Source of the DNA: an uncultured Acidobacteriota bacterium
GTDB taxonomy: Bacteria; Acidobacteriota; UBA6911
Reading direction: 5' to 3'
DNA: 64,000 bases
Assembly (NCBI GenBank): GCA_963773605.1
Contig: CAVZBT010000010.1
Span: forward strand, 281,608 to 345,607
Below, one piece after another: positions 17,313-25,594 of this stretch. A program made the translations under genes and the position numbers. Numbering within the stretch: position 1 is the stretch's first letter; each line of letters begins with the position of its first letter. The notes below the pieces were generated by a model that was not told the origin of the DNA, searched no databases, and saw nothing but the letters and a program-made list of their open reading frames with translations.

Positions 17313-18293
17313 ATGAATCCCTGGCAGAGAGGAGTCTTGGTCGCGCTCGCCATCGCCACGATCGCGCCGCCGCGCGCCCCCGCGGAAACGGATGGAGTGG
17401 ACTGCAGGAGTCTCACGATCCGGGTGCACGATGCGACCGGATTGGGGGTGCCCAACGCCCTGGTGACATTTGATCGTGGCTGGTCGGTGCCCACAGACCA
17501 GGAGGGCCGGGCCAAACTCGAGTGCAACGCCGGCGTCCGCGATGCAATTTCGCTGCAAGTGGAGGTGACGGCTCGCGGCTACAGGCCTGCCTTCGCGACC
17601 ATTTCGATCAGCAACCGTTCGATCAGCAACCGGATGTCCGGCGACAACGAGATTTACCTGGAGCGGGATATAGACGATGCCAAAACCCTCCCCGTGGCAA
17701 CGACCGTCTCCGCAAGAGAGTTGTCCGGGGAAGTCCAGAACCGTTCGGCTTCGCTGCAGGAAGAGGGTATACTGGCCCTGAAACGGGGTGACTACGCCGA
17801 CGCCGAGCAGCTGTTCCGGCACGCCCTGGAACTTACCCCATCCTCGAGCTCCATCTACAACAACATCGGCATCTCGTACCTGCGCCGCTACAAGTTCGAA
17901 GAAGCCACGCGGTGGTTGGAAAAGGCGGTGAAGATTGCGCCGTACGACCCGCATATGCTGGGAAATCTCGGGTTGATGCGCTGGCTGCAGGGGCGTTACG
18001 AGGAAAGCTATCGGCTTCTCGATCGGGCAGTGACCGGCGGATTCTCCGCACCTGCTGCCCACTTCATGCTCGGCGTGCTGTTGCTGCAGAAGGGGCAGGT
18101 CGCCAAGTCCGTCGACGAGTTGAAAAAATCGGACGAGAACAAATACCCCATGCGTGATTTGTACTTGTCCATCGCACTGCACGCCCTGGGGAAGGACAAG
18201 GCCGCATCGAAGACTTACGACGAATTCACAAGGAAGAGCCCCGCGCCACTGCTCAGCGCCATGATCCCCAGCAAGCTCGCCGGCGATCGTTGA
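17313..18293 (+). CDS. secreted TPR-repeat protein with N-terminal carboxypeptidase-regulatory-like beta domain
   Basis: Start at MNPWQRGVLVALAIA (ATG at 17313) after AAGGAAAGGA. TPR-like repeats (AEQLFRHALELTPSSSSIYNNIGISY..., ATRWLEKAVKIAPYDP...). Confidence 0.7.
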   Translation: MNPWQRGVLVALAIATIAPPRAPAETDGVDCRSLTIRVHDATGLGVPNALVTFDRGWSVPTDQEGRAKLECNAGVRDAISLQVEVTARGYRPAFATISISNRSISNRMSGDNEIYLERDIDDAKTLPVATTVSARELSGEVQNRSASLQEEGILALKRGDYADAEQLFRHALELTPSSSSIYNNIGISYLRRYKFEEATRWLEKAVKIAPYDPHMLGNLGLMRWLQGRYEESYRLLDRAVTGGFSAPAAHFMLGVLLLQKGQVAKSVDELKKSDENKYPMRDLYLSIALHALGKDKAASKTYDEFTRKSPAPLLSAMIPSKLAGDR

Positions 18294-18303
18294 GGTGCTA
18301 AAT

Positions 18304-18345
18304 CTTCCGGCTTCGGGCTTCCGGCTTCCATCTTCCGTTCCCTCC
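18304..18345. repeat. solo GGCTTCC-type polypyrimidine repeat between convergent genes
   Basis: CTTCCGGCTTCGGGCTTCCGGCTTCCATCTTCCGTTCCCTCC lies 10 nt after the TPR gene stop. No purine-rich partner arm was seen nearby. Confidence 0.8.
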
Positions 18346-18402
18346 TTAACGGGGAGAAATTACCCGGTTCCCCTGACAGGTTTACAATGCCCGCCCCAGG
18401 TG

Positions 18403-19131
18403 CTACAGGTCTGCGCGGAAAAACAGTCTCCCATCCGCGGGCACGGATCTTACCTGCCGAAAACCCGCCCGATGCAGCGCGTCGAGGACATCGCCCTCCG
18501 GATAATACGTCTCCAGGATCGTGACGTCGGACCGCTCCCAGGCGGCGGTCCGGCGAAACATCGTTATGTCCGCGTGGGCGACCCGGGTTTCGGGATTGTA
18601 GCCGCCCCGGACAAAACAGGCATTGTCGTCTTCGACGATGGCGTGCGATTTATTCCACTCCACCCGGTAGGTCTCTTCCGTCAAGACATCGAACACGAAG
18701 CAGCCCCCTTCGACGAGCGCTGCGGCGACGTTGCGGAAGACGGCCTCGAGTTCGATGAGGGTTGGAATGTGATTCATGCTCTCGAACGTCGATACGGCCA
18801 GCTGGTATTCGCGGGGGAGCCGGATGGAGCGCGCGTCGGCGGCGATGAAGCTGCCGTCGGGGACATTGTCGCGCGCGAAGCGGAGCATCTCCTCGGATCC
18901 GTCGACCCCCGTGACCTGGCATCCCTTGTCCGCCAGCATGCGGGTGAGTTGGCCGGTGCCGCAGCACAGGTCGAGCATGCGGCAGCCTGGCCCTGCCAGC
19001 CGGGGGGCGAGCAGTTCGATGTTTGCGAAGGCGAGACGGTGATAGGCGTCGCCCCAGTGCCGGTTGTAGAACCAGGCGAGAGGGTCGTAGTCACGATATT
19101 GGGGCGCCGGCCCCTCGCTCGACGAGCACAT
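18403..19131 (-). CDS. class I SAM-dependent methyltransferase
   Basis: 242 aa. Motif I MLDLCCGTGQL and post-I DGSEEML. Confidence 0.85.
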   Translation of the reverse strand: MCSSSEGPAPQYRDYDPLAWFYNRHWGDAYHRLAFANIELLAPRLAGPGCRMLDLCCGTGQLTRMLADKGCQVTGVDGSEEMLRFARDNVPDGSFIAADARSIRLPREYQLAVSTFESMNHIPTLIELEAVFRNVAAALVEGGCFVFDVLTEETYRVEWNKSHAIVEDDNACFVRGGYNPETRVAHADITMFRRTAAWERSDVTILETYYPEGDVLDALHRAGFRQVRSVPADGRLFFRADL

Positions 19132-19234
19132 GTGGTCTCCCTGTCAGAACAAGGGGCGGAACCGTGCCCTGCAGGTGGCCCGGTCGCGGGCGCGCCCCCG
19201 GCAATATTTTTACGCTTCGCCGCCCCGGAGGAAA

Positions 19235-19981
19235 TCATAGGACTGCGTCCGGACCGGCGGCCCCGATAAACGACCTGAGCTCGAGAGCGTTCGCGACGGC
19301 GTGTCCGCCGACATCGTTGTTGAAATACGCGTGCACGTCCAGGCCGCCTGCTTGCCATTGCGTAATGGTCCGGGCCCAGCCCTCCAGTTCCCGCTTGCCG
19401 TAACGACCGCCGTGGCCCGGGCCTCCGTGAAACCGCACGTAAACAAAAGGCGCCGTGACCCGGCAGGGGACCGGCCCGCTTCCCAGGTCGTGGATGCACA
19501 GCGCGACTCCGCAGCGCTCCATGAGCCGAAGCACTTCATCGATCACCCAGCCGGGCTCCCGGAATTCTATGGCGTGCTGGCGTGAACGCGGCAGCGCAGC
19601 CACGAAGCGCTCGAACCGCGGCAGGTTCACGCGCCAGCGTGGGGGAAGCTGGTACAGGACCGGGCCGAGCGACCCGCCGAGGAGGCCGGCGCGGTCGAAG
19701 AAAAGCCGCAGCGGCCCTTCCGGATCCTTCAGCTTCTTCATGTGCGTCAGGAAACGGCTTGCTTTGACGGCGAAAGTGAAGCCTTCGGGTGCCCGTTTTC
19801 GCCAGACTTCGAAAGCGGCCGCGCTGGGCAGGCGGTAAAACGAGTTGTTGAGCTCGACGGTATCGAAGCGGGCAGTGTAATAGTCCAGCCAGAGCCGTTG
19901 CGGGAGGTTCTCGGGGTAGAAGCTGCCGCGCCAGTGCGGGTATACCCAGCCCGAGGTCCCGATCCGGCATGCGCCCGCCAT
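19235..19981 (-). CDS. DUF72 domain-containing protein (YecE-like)
   Basis: IGTSGWVYPHWRGSFYP...YYTARFDTVELNNSFYRLP hallmark. The ATG at 19981 is preceded by GGAGG; the ORF-track start at 19996 is a TTG. Confidence 0.85.
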   Translation of the reverse strand: MAGACRIGTSGWVYPHWRGSFYPENLPQRLWLDYYTARFDTVELNNSFYRLPSAAAFEVWRKRAPEGFTFAVKASRFLTHMKKLKDPEGPLRLFFDRAGLLGGSLGPVLYQLPPRWRVNLPRFERFVAALPRSRQHAIEFREPGWVIDEVLRLMERCGVALCIHDLGSGPVPCRVTAPFVYVRFHGGPGHGGRYGKRELEGWARTITQWQAGGLDVHAYFNNDVGGHAVANALELRSFIGAAGPDAVL

Positions 19982-20065
19982 CGCGCCTCCGGTCAATGTG
20001 CCCCGTTGGTTTGCAGGACGAACTAGTGAAAGAGCGCCTGATCGAGCGGGAGCCGGTACTGCGAA

Positions 20066-20839
20066 TCAAATTCGGAGCGGAGACGGTCCCGCCGGCTGGC
20101 CCTGCGCGGTGGGGATCTCGCCCGCCTCCAACAATTCCTTCAGGCGGTACAGGTCGTCATCGACCTGCTGGCCGGGTTCCTCCCCGAACAGTTTCGCCAC
20201 CAGCTTGCCGATTTTTCCGCCCGGCGCTTCATAACTCAGGACAACGCGGAGTTCGGTCCCTCGACCTCCCGGCGCGGGCGTGAAATGCACCGACCCGGCG
20301 TGGTTCACTTCGGCGTTGGGGAGCGAACGCCAGGCGAGCAATTCCGGCGCCTCCTCGTTGTGGATCTCCGCGTCCCACTCCACCCTGGCACCGGCGGGAG
20401 CTTTGGCGACCCAGTGACTGCGGCGATCGTCGAGCACCCGCACCGATTCGAGGTGCGACATGAAGCGGGGGAGATTTTCCAGGCTGCGCCAGAACCGGTA
20501 GACCTCGTCCCGGGGTTTGTTGATGGTGATGCTCTTCTCGATTTTGGTGCCATATCCGTGGGCCACGCTCGGCGGGTTCTTGCGTCCTGTGGTTCGGATT
20601 CCGAGAGCCTGGTAAAGCGGACAGTGGCCCGTTCCGGCCCGGGCCACCAGGAGGCCGCCGGCGGCGGCAATCCAGTAGCCGGCGGCAGTCCTGCGGGTCA
20701 GACCGTAGCCGGCGAGCGCGCCCCCCGCGATCGCGGTCAGCAACCGCTCCTCCAGTCCTATGTTCGTCCTTCTTGATCTTCGGCGCCGGCGATCGTTCTC
20801 GTACCGGTCGTTCCGGTCGTCGTCCATGTCTGGGATCAT
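20066..20839 (-). CDS. SRPBCC (cyclase/dehydrase) family protein with N-terminal DUF2892/YgaP-like membrane segment
   Basis: GTGHCPLYQALGI membrane motif followed by an SRPBCC-like domain (ITINKPRDEVYRFWRSLENLPRFMSHL...). The ATG at 20839 follows an AGGAGA RBS. Confidence 0.75.
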   Translation of the reverse strand: MIPDMDDDRNDRYENDRRRRRSRRTNIGLEERLLTAIAGGALAGYGLTRRTAAGYWIAAAGGLLVARAGTGHCPLYQALGIRTTGRKNPPSVAHGYGTKIEKSITINKPRDEVYRFWRSLENLPRFMSHLESVRVLDDRRSHWVAKAPAGARVEWDAEIHNEEAPELLAWRSLPNAEVNHAGSVHFTPAPGGRGTELRVVLSYEAPGGKIGKLVAKLFGEEPGQQVDDDLYRLKELLEAGEIPTAQGQPAGPSPLRI

Positions 20840-20970
20840 TGTCGGTCTCCTGCCGTGGGGGTCAGAAATTTCGTTGGGTGTTCGGCCGGTGGGCCCGCGG
20901 GCGTGCGCCGCGATGCGAGCCGCGGCGGCAGCGGCAAACCCGCGGGCGAGAGCCGCGGCCCGGCCTGGCG

Positions 20971-21558
20971 TCACGATTGGACTTCGATCTTCCGAGGCCG
21001 GCTCTGTTGGGGAGCCTTCATCACAACTTCGAGGACGCCGTCACGAAAGTTCGCCTTGGCTTCCTCGGGTTTGACTCCCTCCGGCAGCGGGATCGCGCGG
21101 TAGAACTGCCCGTAGCTGCGCTCCGAATGGAACCGCCCGGGCTGCTCCTCCGAGTGCTCGTGTCTGCGTTCGCCCTGCAGGATGATCGCGTTATCCGTGC
21201 ATTCGACCTTGATATCCTCCTTTTTCATCCCCGGCAAGTCGGCCCGGATAACCAGGTTCTCGCCGCGTTCGAACACCTCGACCGTCGGGCGCCACATGCC
21301 GCCGCCGAATTCGCGGCGGGCGATCTGGCCGCCGCCGGTCGACAGGCTGGGACCGAAGCCGAACTCTTCAAAGAGGCGATCCATGTCCTCCGAAAAACGC
21401 CGCATGAACGAAAAAGGGCTGGCGCTCCACAGCGACGGCTCGAGGGTGCCGCGGTGCCCGATACCCTGTTCCAGTCCTCCCTGTTGCGGTTGAACGGAAA
21501 CACGCCGCTCTTCCGGGTTGCTCCGGGCATCTGGCTGGCGTGGTTGATCCTTAGACAT
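20971..21558 (-). CDS. Hsp20/alpha-crystallin family small heat-shock protein
   Basis: Alpha-crystallin core ...PTVEVFERGENLVIRADLPGMKKEDIKVE...FYRAIPLPEGV...ANFRDGVLEV. AAAGGAGAA RBS before the ATG at 21558. Confidence 0.9.
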   Translation of the reverse strand: MSKDQPRQPDARSNPEERRVSVQPQQGGLEQGIGHRGTLEPSLWSASPFSFMRRFSEDMDRLFEEFGFGPSLSTGGGQIARREFGGGMWRPTVEVFERGENLVIRADLPGMKKEDIKVECTDNAIILQGERRHEHSEEQPGRFHSERSYGQFYRAIPLPEGVKPEEAKANFRDGVLEVVMKAPQQSRPRKIEVQS

Positions 21559-21783
21559 GATGGATTCTCCTTTCTGTAGGGGCTTGCCCGTGAAACGGCA
21601 GATACACCCCAAGTTGTGCGCCTGAATCTCCACCCGCCGGGAGGCAATTCTCAACCCATGCGGTTCGAGGATAGAAGGGGTGGTTAAGTCTCTAACCGCA
21701 CTCGGATTCCGTATTGCAGGTGTTGTCGAGACCGGAGATCCCCTGCACCATCGGGTACATTTTCCATTACCGGGGGTCAGGTG

Positions 21784-22134
21784 TTACTTCTTCAGCTTGC
21801 GGCCAATCTCGGCGAGGACGGTCTTCCGGTTCTTGTGTTTTTCCTCGTACCGTTTGATTTTTGCGGCGTCCTGCTTTGACAGGCGACCAAGTTGCTGCCC
21901 GATCTGACGGGACGTGAGGTGCTGGTATCCCCGGATGGGAAGACTGCGGTCCGGCGACTTCCCGGCCCGGTCTGCCCGTTTCCCCGCCTTCGTTTCGCCG
22001 TATTGGGAGCGCTGTTTATTCACGATGCGGGAGGCAACCTCTTCTTCACGGCCTCTGTAGCGACCCTCTTTCTTGAATTCTTCCTTCAACTCCCGGTATT
22101 CCCGTTCGCGCTTGGGACTCGCACCTCGTGGCAT
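21784..22134 (-). CDS. small highly basic hypothetical protein
   Basis: 116 aa, Lys/Arg-rich, starting MPRGASPKREREYRELKEEF. Strong AAAGGAGGAGAAG RBS. Family not recognised. Confidence 0.6.
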   Translation of the reverse strand: MPRGASPKREREYRELKEEFKKEGRYRGREEEVASRIVNKQRSQYGETKAGKRADRAGKSPDRSLPIRGYQHLTSRQIGQQLGRLSKQDAAKIKRYEEKHKNRKTVLAEIGRKLKK

Positions 22135-22248
22135 CTCTTCTCCTCCTTTCGCTTCGATCACCGGGCCAGGGTTGGCGAGCGCCGTCGCACGCACCCCGGA
22201 CCCGGAATCCAAAGAGCGGCGCGGCGAGCCGCGCCGCTGCCAGCCCGT

Positions 22249-23763
22249 CTATTTTGTCACCCTCGGGCTGTACTGCCTGAGGGCGGTGATGAATGGGGTG
22301 GTGATCGGCGAACGCGTGACGCGCCCATTCAGAAGAATGTCTTTGCCGGTTACGTTTGCGCCGTACACTTTTTGATTGGCGCTATCGTCCATGGAGATGA
22401 CGGCTCCGTCGAGGGCGATTCCGGCAAAGAGCCCCTTTGAGCGCGAGTATGCGTATATCGCCGCATTCAGCTTCGCATCGGTGCCCGCTTCAGCCCCGCG
22501 GCCAACCGGGCCTGCCGCAACCGATGCATCCGCCCCGAGCTTCAGTTTGGAATCGAGGAGCGACTGGACGCTGGACCTCTCGGTAAAGACCAGAACCAGA
22601 TCGGTTGCCTGGGCCCCTATCTGAAACCCGAAACTGCCGCCGGCCAGCTCAATGTAGGCAGGCGCGCTCCATCCCCCCTTTTCGCGCACCGAGAGCAGGC
22701 CTTTGCCCCAACGCCCGCCCACGCCGAAGGCTGCTTTGACGACGTTCGGGATCACCGCGATCCCATAAGCGCGCTCGAGCAACTCTCGCGGGATCGACCG
22801 GTCGGGAGTCTTTACCAGTTCGCCCAAGACCACGGCAGCACGCTGCGCGCGCTCGGCTTGGTCTTCGGAGTTTTTCGGAATATCGGCGCGCGCGATTTCG
22901 CGCGGTTCCGGGCGAGTCTTGCGATCGGCATTCTGCGCCATGCCGTTTGCGGTCTCACGTGTTTCGTGCGCCGCTTTGTGCGCCGCATCGCGAGTCTCGT
23001 GCGCGGCCTGGCTCACCCGCGTTTCTGTGCCCCCCACACCGCGCCTCTTGGAAGCCTCGAGGTAGCGCGGGCTGTACCGGGCCAGGGCCGTCATAAAAGG
23101 CGTCGTGGCCGCTGTGGGCTTTACCCGGTGGCGCATCAGGATGTCGGTGCCCGAAACGCCGGGGCCGTACACCTTGTGGTTGTCACTGTCATCGATACTG
23201 ATCACCGTCCCGTCCAGTGCCAAACCCGCGAAGAGCCCCTTGGACCGGGAATACGAATAAACCGCCGAATCGAAGCCGACATCGCTGCCGACGCTGCCGG
23301 TTCTTCCCACAGGGCCGGCGGCGACGGAGGCATCGGCACCCAGCTTGAGTTTTGAATCCAGCAGCGTCCGGACGCCCTGCGCGTCAGTAAACACCAGGAC
23401 CACGTCGGTCGACTGACCGCCGATTTGAAAACCGAAGCTCCCTCCGCCGGTTTCGATGAAAGAGGGTGCGCTCCACTTTCCATTGTGCTCACGCACGGAT
23501 AACAGCCCCTTCCCCCAGCTGCCGCCGATCCCAAAGGCTGCCTTTATCACGTTCGGAATCACGGCAATCGCCTCGGCGCGCTCGAGCAACTCCTGCGGAA
23601 TGCCTTTGTCCGGCGTCTTCATGAGCTCGCTCAAGACCTCCGCGGCCTTTTGCGCGCGTTCGGCCTGGTCCCCACCCTTGCGCTCGGTCTGAGCCGTCCC
23701 GCGTGCGGGCACCCACAGCAGCAGACCGGCGACGATCAGCGTCGAGAAAAACATCCTTTTCAT
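22249..23763 (-). CDS. secreted protein with two tandem SYLF (DUF500/Ysc84-like lipid-binding) domains
   Basis: Two copies of the block AERAQ.AA.VL.EL.KTPD..IP.ELLERA..IAVIPNV.KAAFG.GG.WGKGLLSVRE...GGSFGFQIG.Q.TD.VLVFT...LDSKLKLGADASVAAGPVGR. Signal peptide present. Confidence 0.85.
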   Translation of the reverse strand: MKRMFFSTLIVAGLLLWVPARGTAQTERKGGDQAERAQKAAEVLSELMKTPDKGIPQELLERAEAIAVIPNVIKAAFGIGGSWGKGLLSVREHNGKWSAPSFIETGGGSFGFQIGGQSTDVVLVFTDAQGVRTLLDSKLKLGADASVAAGPVGRTGSVGSDVGFDSAVYSYSRSKGLFAGLALDGTVISIDDSDNHKVYGPGVSGTDILMRHRVKPTAATTPFMTALARYSPRYLEASKRRGVGGTETRVSQAAHETRDAAHKAAHETRETANGMAQNADRKTRPEPREIARADIPKNSEDQAERAQRAAVVLGELVKTPDRSIPRELLERAYGIAVIPNVVKAAFGVGGRWGKGLLSVREKGGWSAPAYIELAGGSFGFQIGAQATDLVLVFTERSSVQSLLDSKLKLGADASVAAGPVGRGAEAGTDAKLNAAIYAYSRSKGLFAGIALDGAVISMDDSANQKVYGANVTGKDILLNGRVTRSPITTPFITALRQYSPRVTK

Positions 23764-24023
23764 AAACCGCTTCTCCTTCCCACACTTTACCTAACGAAAG
23801 ACGACAACCCATCCCATTCAGGCAAGTCCTGTGCCACCCAGGCTTTTGACAGGACAACCCGTTGGCAGCAATGTCCTTTTCTTCCGACGTTGTCGGCACT
23901 CTCTCAACCGGCCCACGGGGATAATTTCCCGGCGGCTTTGGACCTTGCTCGAGGTTGGCGCGCCTACCGTTCATGGGAGTAGCAGGCATTGCGTGCTGGA
24001 GACGGCGCGGGGGCATTTCTGCG

Positions 24024-24629
24024 TTACAGGTATGCTCGCTTCCAGGCCCGGATTGCGAGGAGCGTCACGAGTGCCGCACCGGCGAGAACGCAAAATGCCG
24101 TGAGGAACAGGGTTGTGTGGCGGGCGAGAACCGCAAAGACGCGACGGCCGTATGAGGCGGCGAAATACGCTGCGAGCGTATACCGGATAAACCGGGCCGA
24201 TACGTAGGCCGCCAGGAACCTCTTGAGCGGGTATTTCAAGGCTCCCGCCCCGAGCACGAACGGAACCATGGGGATCGGCGGCGGCATCAGGGCAGGCACG
24301 AAAACAGCCGCAAACCCGTACTTCTTGAATGTCGCGCTGACCTTATCAACGCGGTCTTTCTTAAGTCGCTGCTGGAGAGCTTCCTCTCCCCCCTTAAAAC
24401 CCAGCCCATAGGTGAGGTACGCCCCGATTGTCGCTCCTATCGTCGACATCACGGCGTAATACAGCCACCACTCACGGTAATGTGCGGAAAGCACGATAGT
24501 AAAGAAGTCCTGGCTACCGGGTATCGGCACAAGGGAGTTGTCGACGATGCCCACCCCTATGAGCCCGATTCCGCCGAGCCGCCATACGAGACGCCTGATT
24601 TCCCAAATCCAGAGTGCCAGCGTGCCCAA
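24024..24629 (-). CDS. DedA/YqaA-family (VTT domain) membrane protein, second paralog
   Basis: 201-aa multi-TM ORF with NSLVPIPGSQD and PALMPPPIPMVPFVLGAGA motifs. TTG start preceded by GAGAGGGG. Confidence 0.7.
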   Translation of the reverse strand: MGTLALWIWEIRRLVWRLGGIGLIGVGIVDNSLVPIPGSQDFFTIVLSAHYREWWLYYAVMSTIGATIGAYLTYGLGFKGGEEALQQRLKKDRVDKVSATFKKYGFAAVFVPALMPPPIPMVPFVLGAGALKYPLKRFLAAYVSARFIRYTLAAYFAASYGRRVFAVLARHTTLFLTAFCVLAGAALVTLLAIRAWKRAYL

Positions 24630-24630
24630 T

Positions 24631-24935
24631 TGCCCCTCTCATGAAAACCCTTTGCGGTGGCCGTGGGAGTGCCGCGCCGGGCGCCAGCCAGTGAGCCAAG
24701 GGCCGGGGTTCGTCCCGCGAGGGCGCCCGTGTATTCGAGGGGCAGCATGACCGCTCCCGGTTTGGCCGGTATCGGTCCTGGCCGGTGCCATAGTCACTCA
24801 CGGCGGGCGTGCGCGCTTTGATTTGCCCTGGTGGGCAAGACTACCACCCCCAGGGACCCCGCCGGCAGTGGGCGTGGGGTGCCGTACCAATCGGATAACG
24901 CGCACCGGCATGCCTTTGATTTTCCCCGATGCTGC
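24631..24935 (-). promoter_or_regulatory. structured 5' leader of the DedA/YqaA gene; candidate riboswitch-like element (cobalamin-like motif order), unverified
   Basis: On the minus-strand RNA, in order: GGGGAAAAUC (24930-24918), CCGGUGCGCGUUAUCCG (24908-24892), GCCCACUGCC (24873-24864), GGCCAGGACCG (24783-24773). UGCCCCUC (24744-24737) is perfectly complementary to the RBS GAGGGGCA (24638-24631). Confidence 0.3.
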
Positions 24936-25348
24936 ACACCTCGACCTATCATTTCCTCCCGTGGCGATAGTCCATGAAGCAAAGGGTGTGCCGGGAAATC
25001 CTCGAGCGTAAACTGAGCATTAGCTCGGTTTTGGGGCCAGAGCGGCAGCGTGGTCGCCCGGGTAAGGGACCGGACAATATCCCCGGGGCGAGCAAAATCC
25101 GGCCGGTGGGCAGGGCCTGTCGGTCGCTGGTATGCCAGGGTGCGACACGCTGCTGGTGCCGAACGGGCCGCTCACCCTGATCAGGGCCTACGGTACCAGA
25201 CGCGGCTGTGAAGGGTTAGCCAATCGACGCTGCGAAGCGCGCGCCCAGCGCCGCCGCCCCAGCGCCGTCGAGCCGCCGCTCTCCGCACCGGAAGCCCCGG
25301 GGGGCGTTCCCGAGCCCCCCGGACTGATCCGCCCCGGACCCCTTTTTT

Positions 25349-25377
25349 TTGGCAGACTCCGCAGCATGTGGTAGATT
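25349..25377 (+). promoter_or_regulatory. sigma70-like promoter candidate for ftsH (TTGGCA-N17-TAGATT) with upstream T-tract
   Basis: TTGGCA at 25349-25354 and TAGATT at 25372-25377 with a 17-nt spacer. A T8 run abuts the -35 box, which is striking in a high-GC genome. This implies a 5' UTR of about 210 nt. Confidence 0.4.
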
Positions 25378-25594
25378 GAACAAACCGCAATACTGTGTGG
25401 TTGGTTTGGTCCTGGGAAATTCCCGATCCTCCTGAGCGCAGGCACCATTTCCTTGATTCAAGCCTCCCTTGCGAGCGCCCGGCCGGTTTCCCCGCCCCCC
25501 GGGGAAGGCGAGTCCCGCGGTCCTCAGGTTGTCCGTTGTTTAAGGGATCGCGATAAGGCGGAGCGGCAAAACTACCGAGCAGGACGGTAAACCC

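Noticed and set aside
17590-17640. Direct repeat CGATCAGCAACCG x2 inside the TPR gene (ISISNRSISNR)
   Set aside because: It is a minor in-frame tandem duplication within a CDS, with no independent feature implied.
24640-25300. RNase P RNA, tmRNA, SRP RNA or 6S RNA in the long gap
   Set aside because: I looked on both strands for GAGGAAAGUCC / ACAGAACCCGGCUUA (RNase P), GGGG...tag ORF...UCCACCA (tmRNA) and the SRP GGAAGCAGCC-type loop. None was found.
25296-25350. GC hairpin (CCGGGGGGC...GCCCCCCGG) plus T8 run as an intrinsic terminator of a plus-strand ncRNA
   Set aside because: The T-run is about 20 nt from the hairpin rather than adjacent. There is no upstream plus-strand gene or recognisable RNA. 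The T-tract directly abuts a good -35 box, so it fits an UP-element-like tract of the ftsH promoter better.
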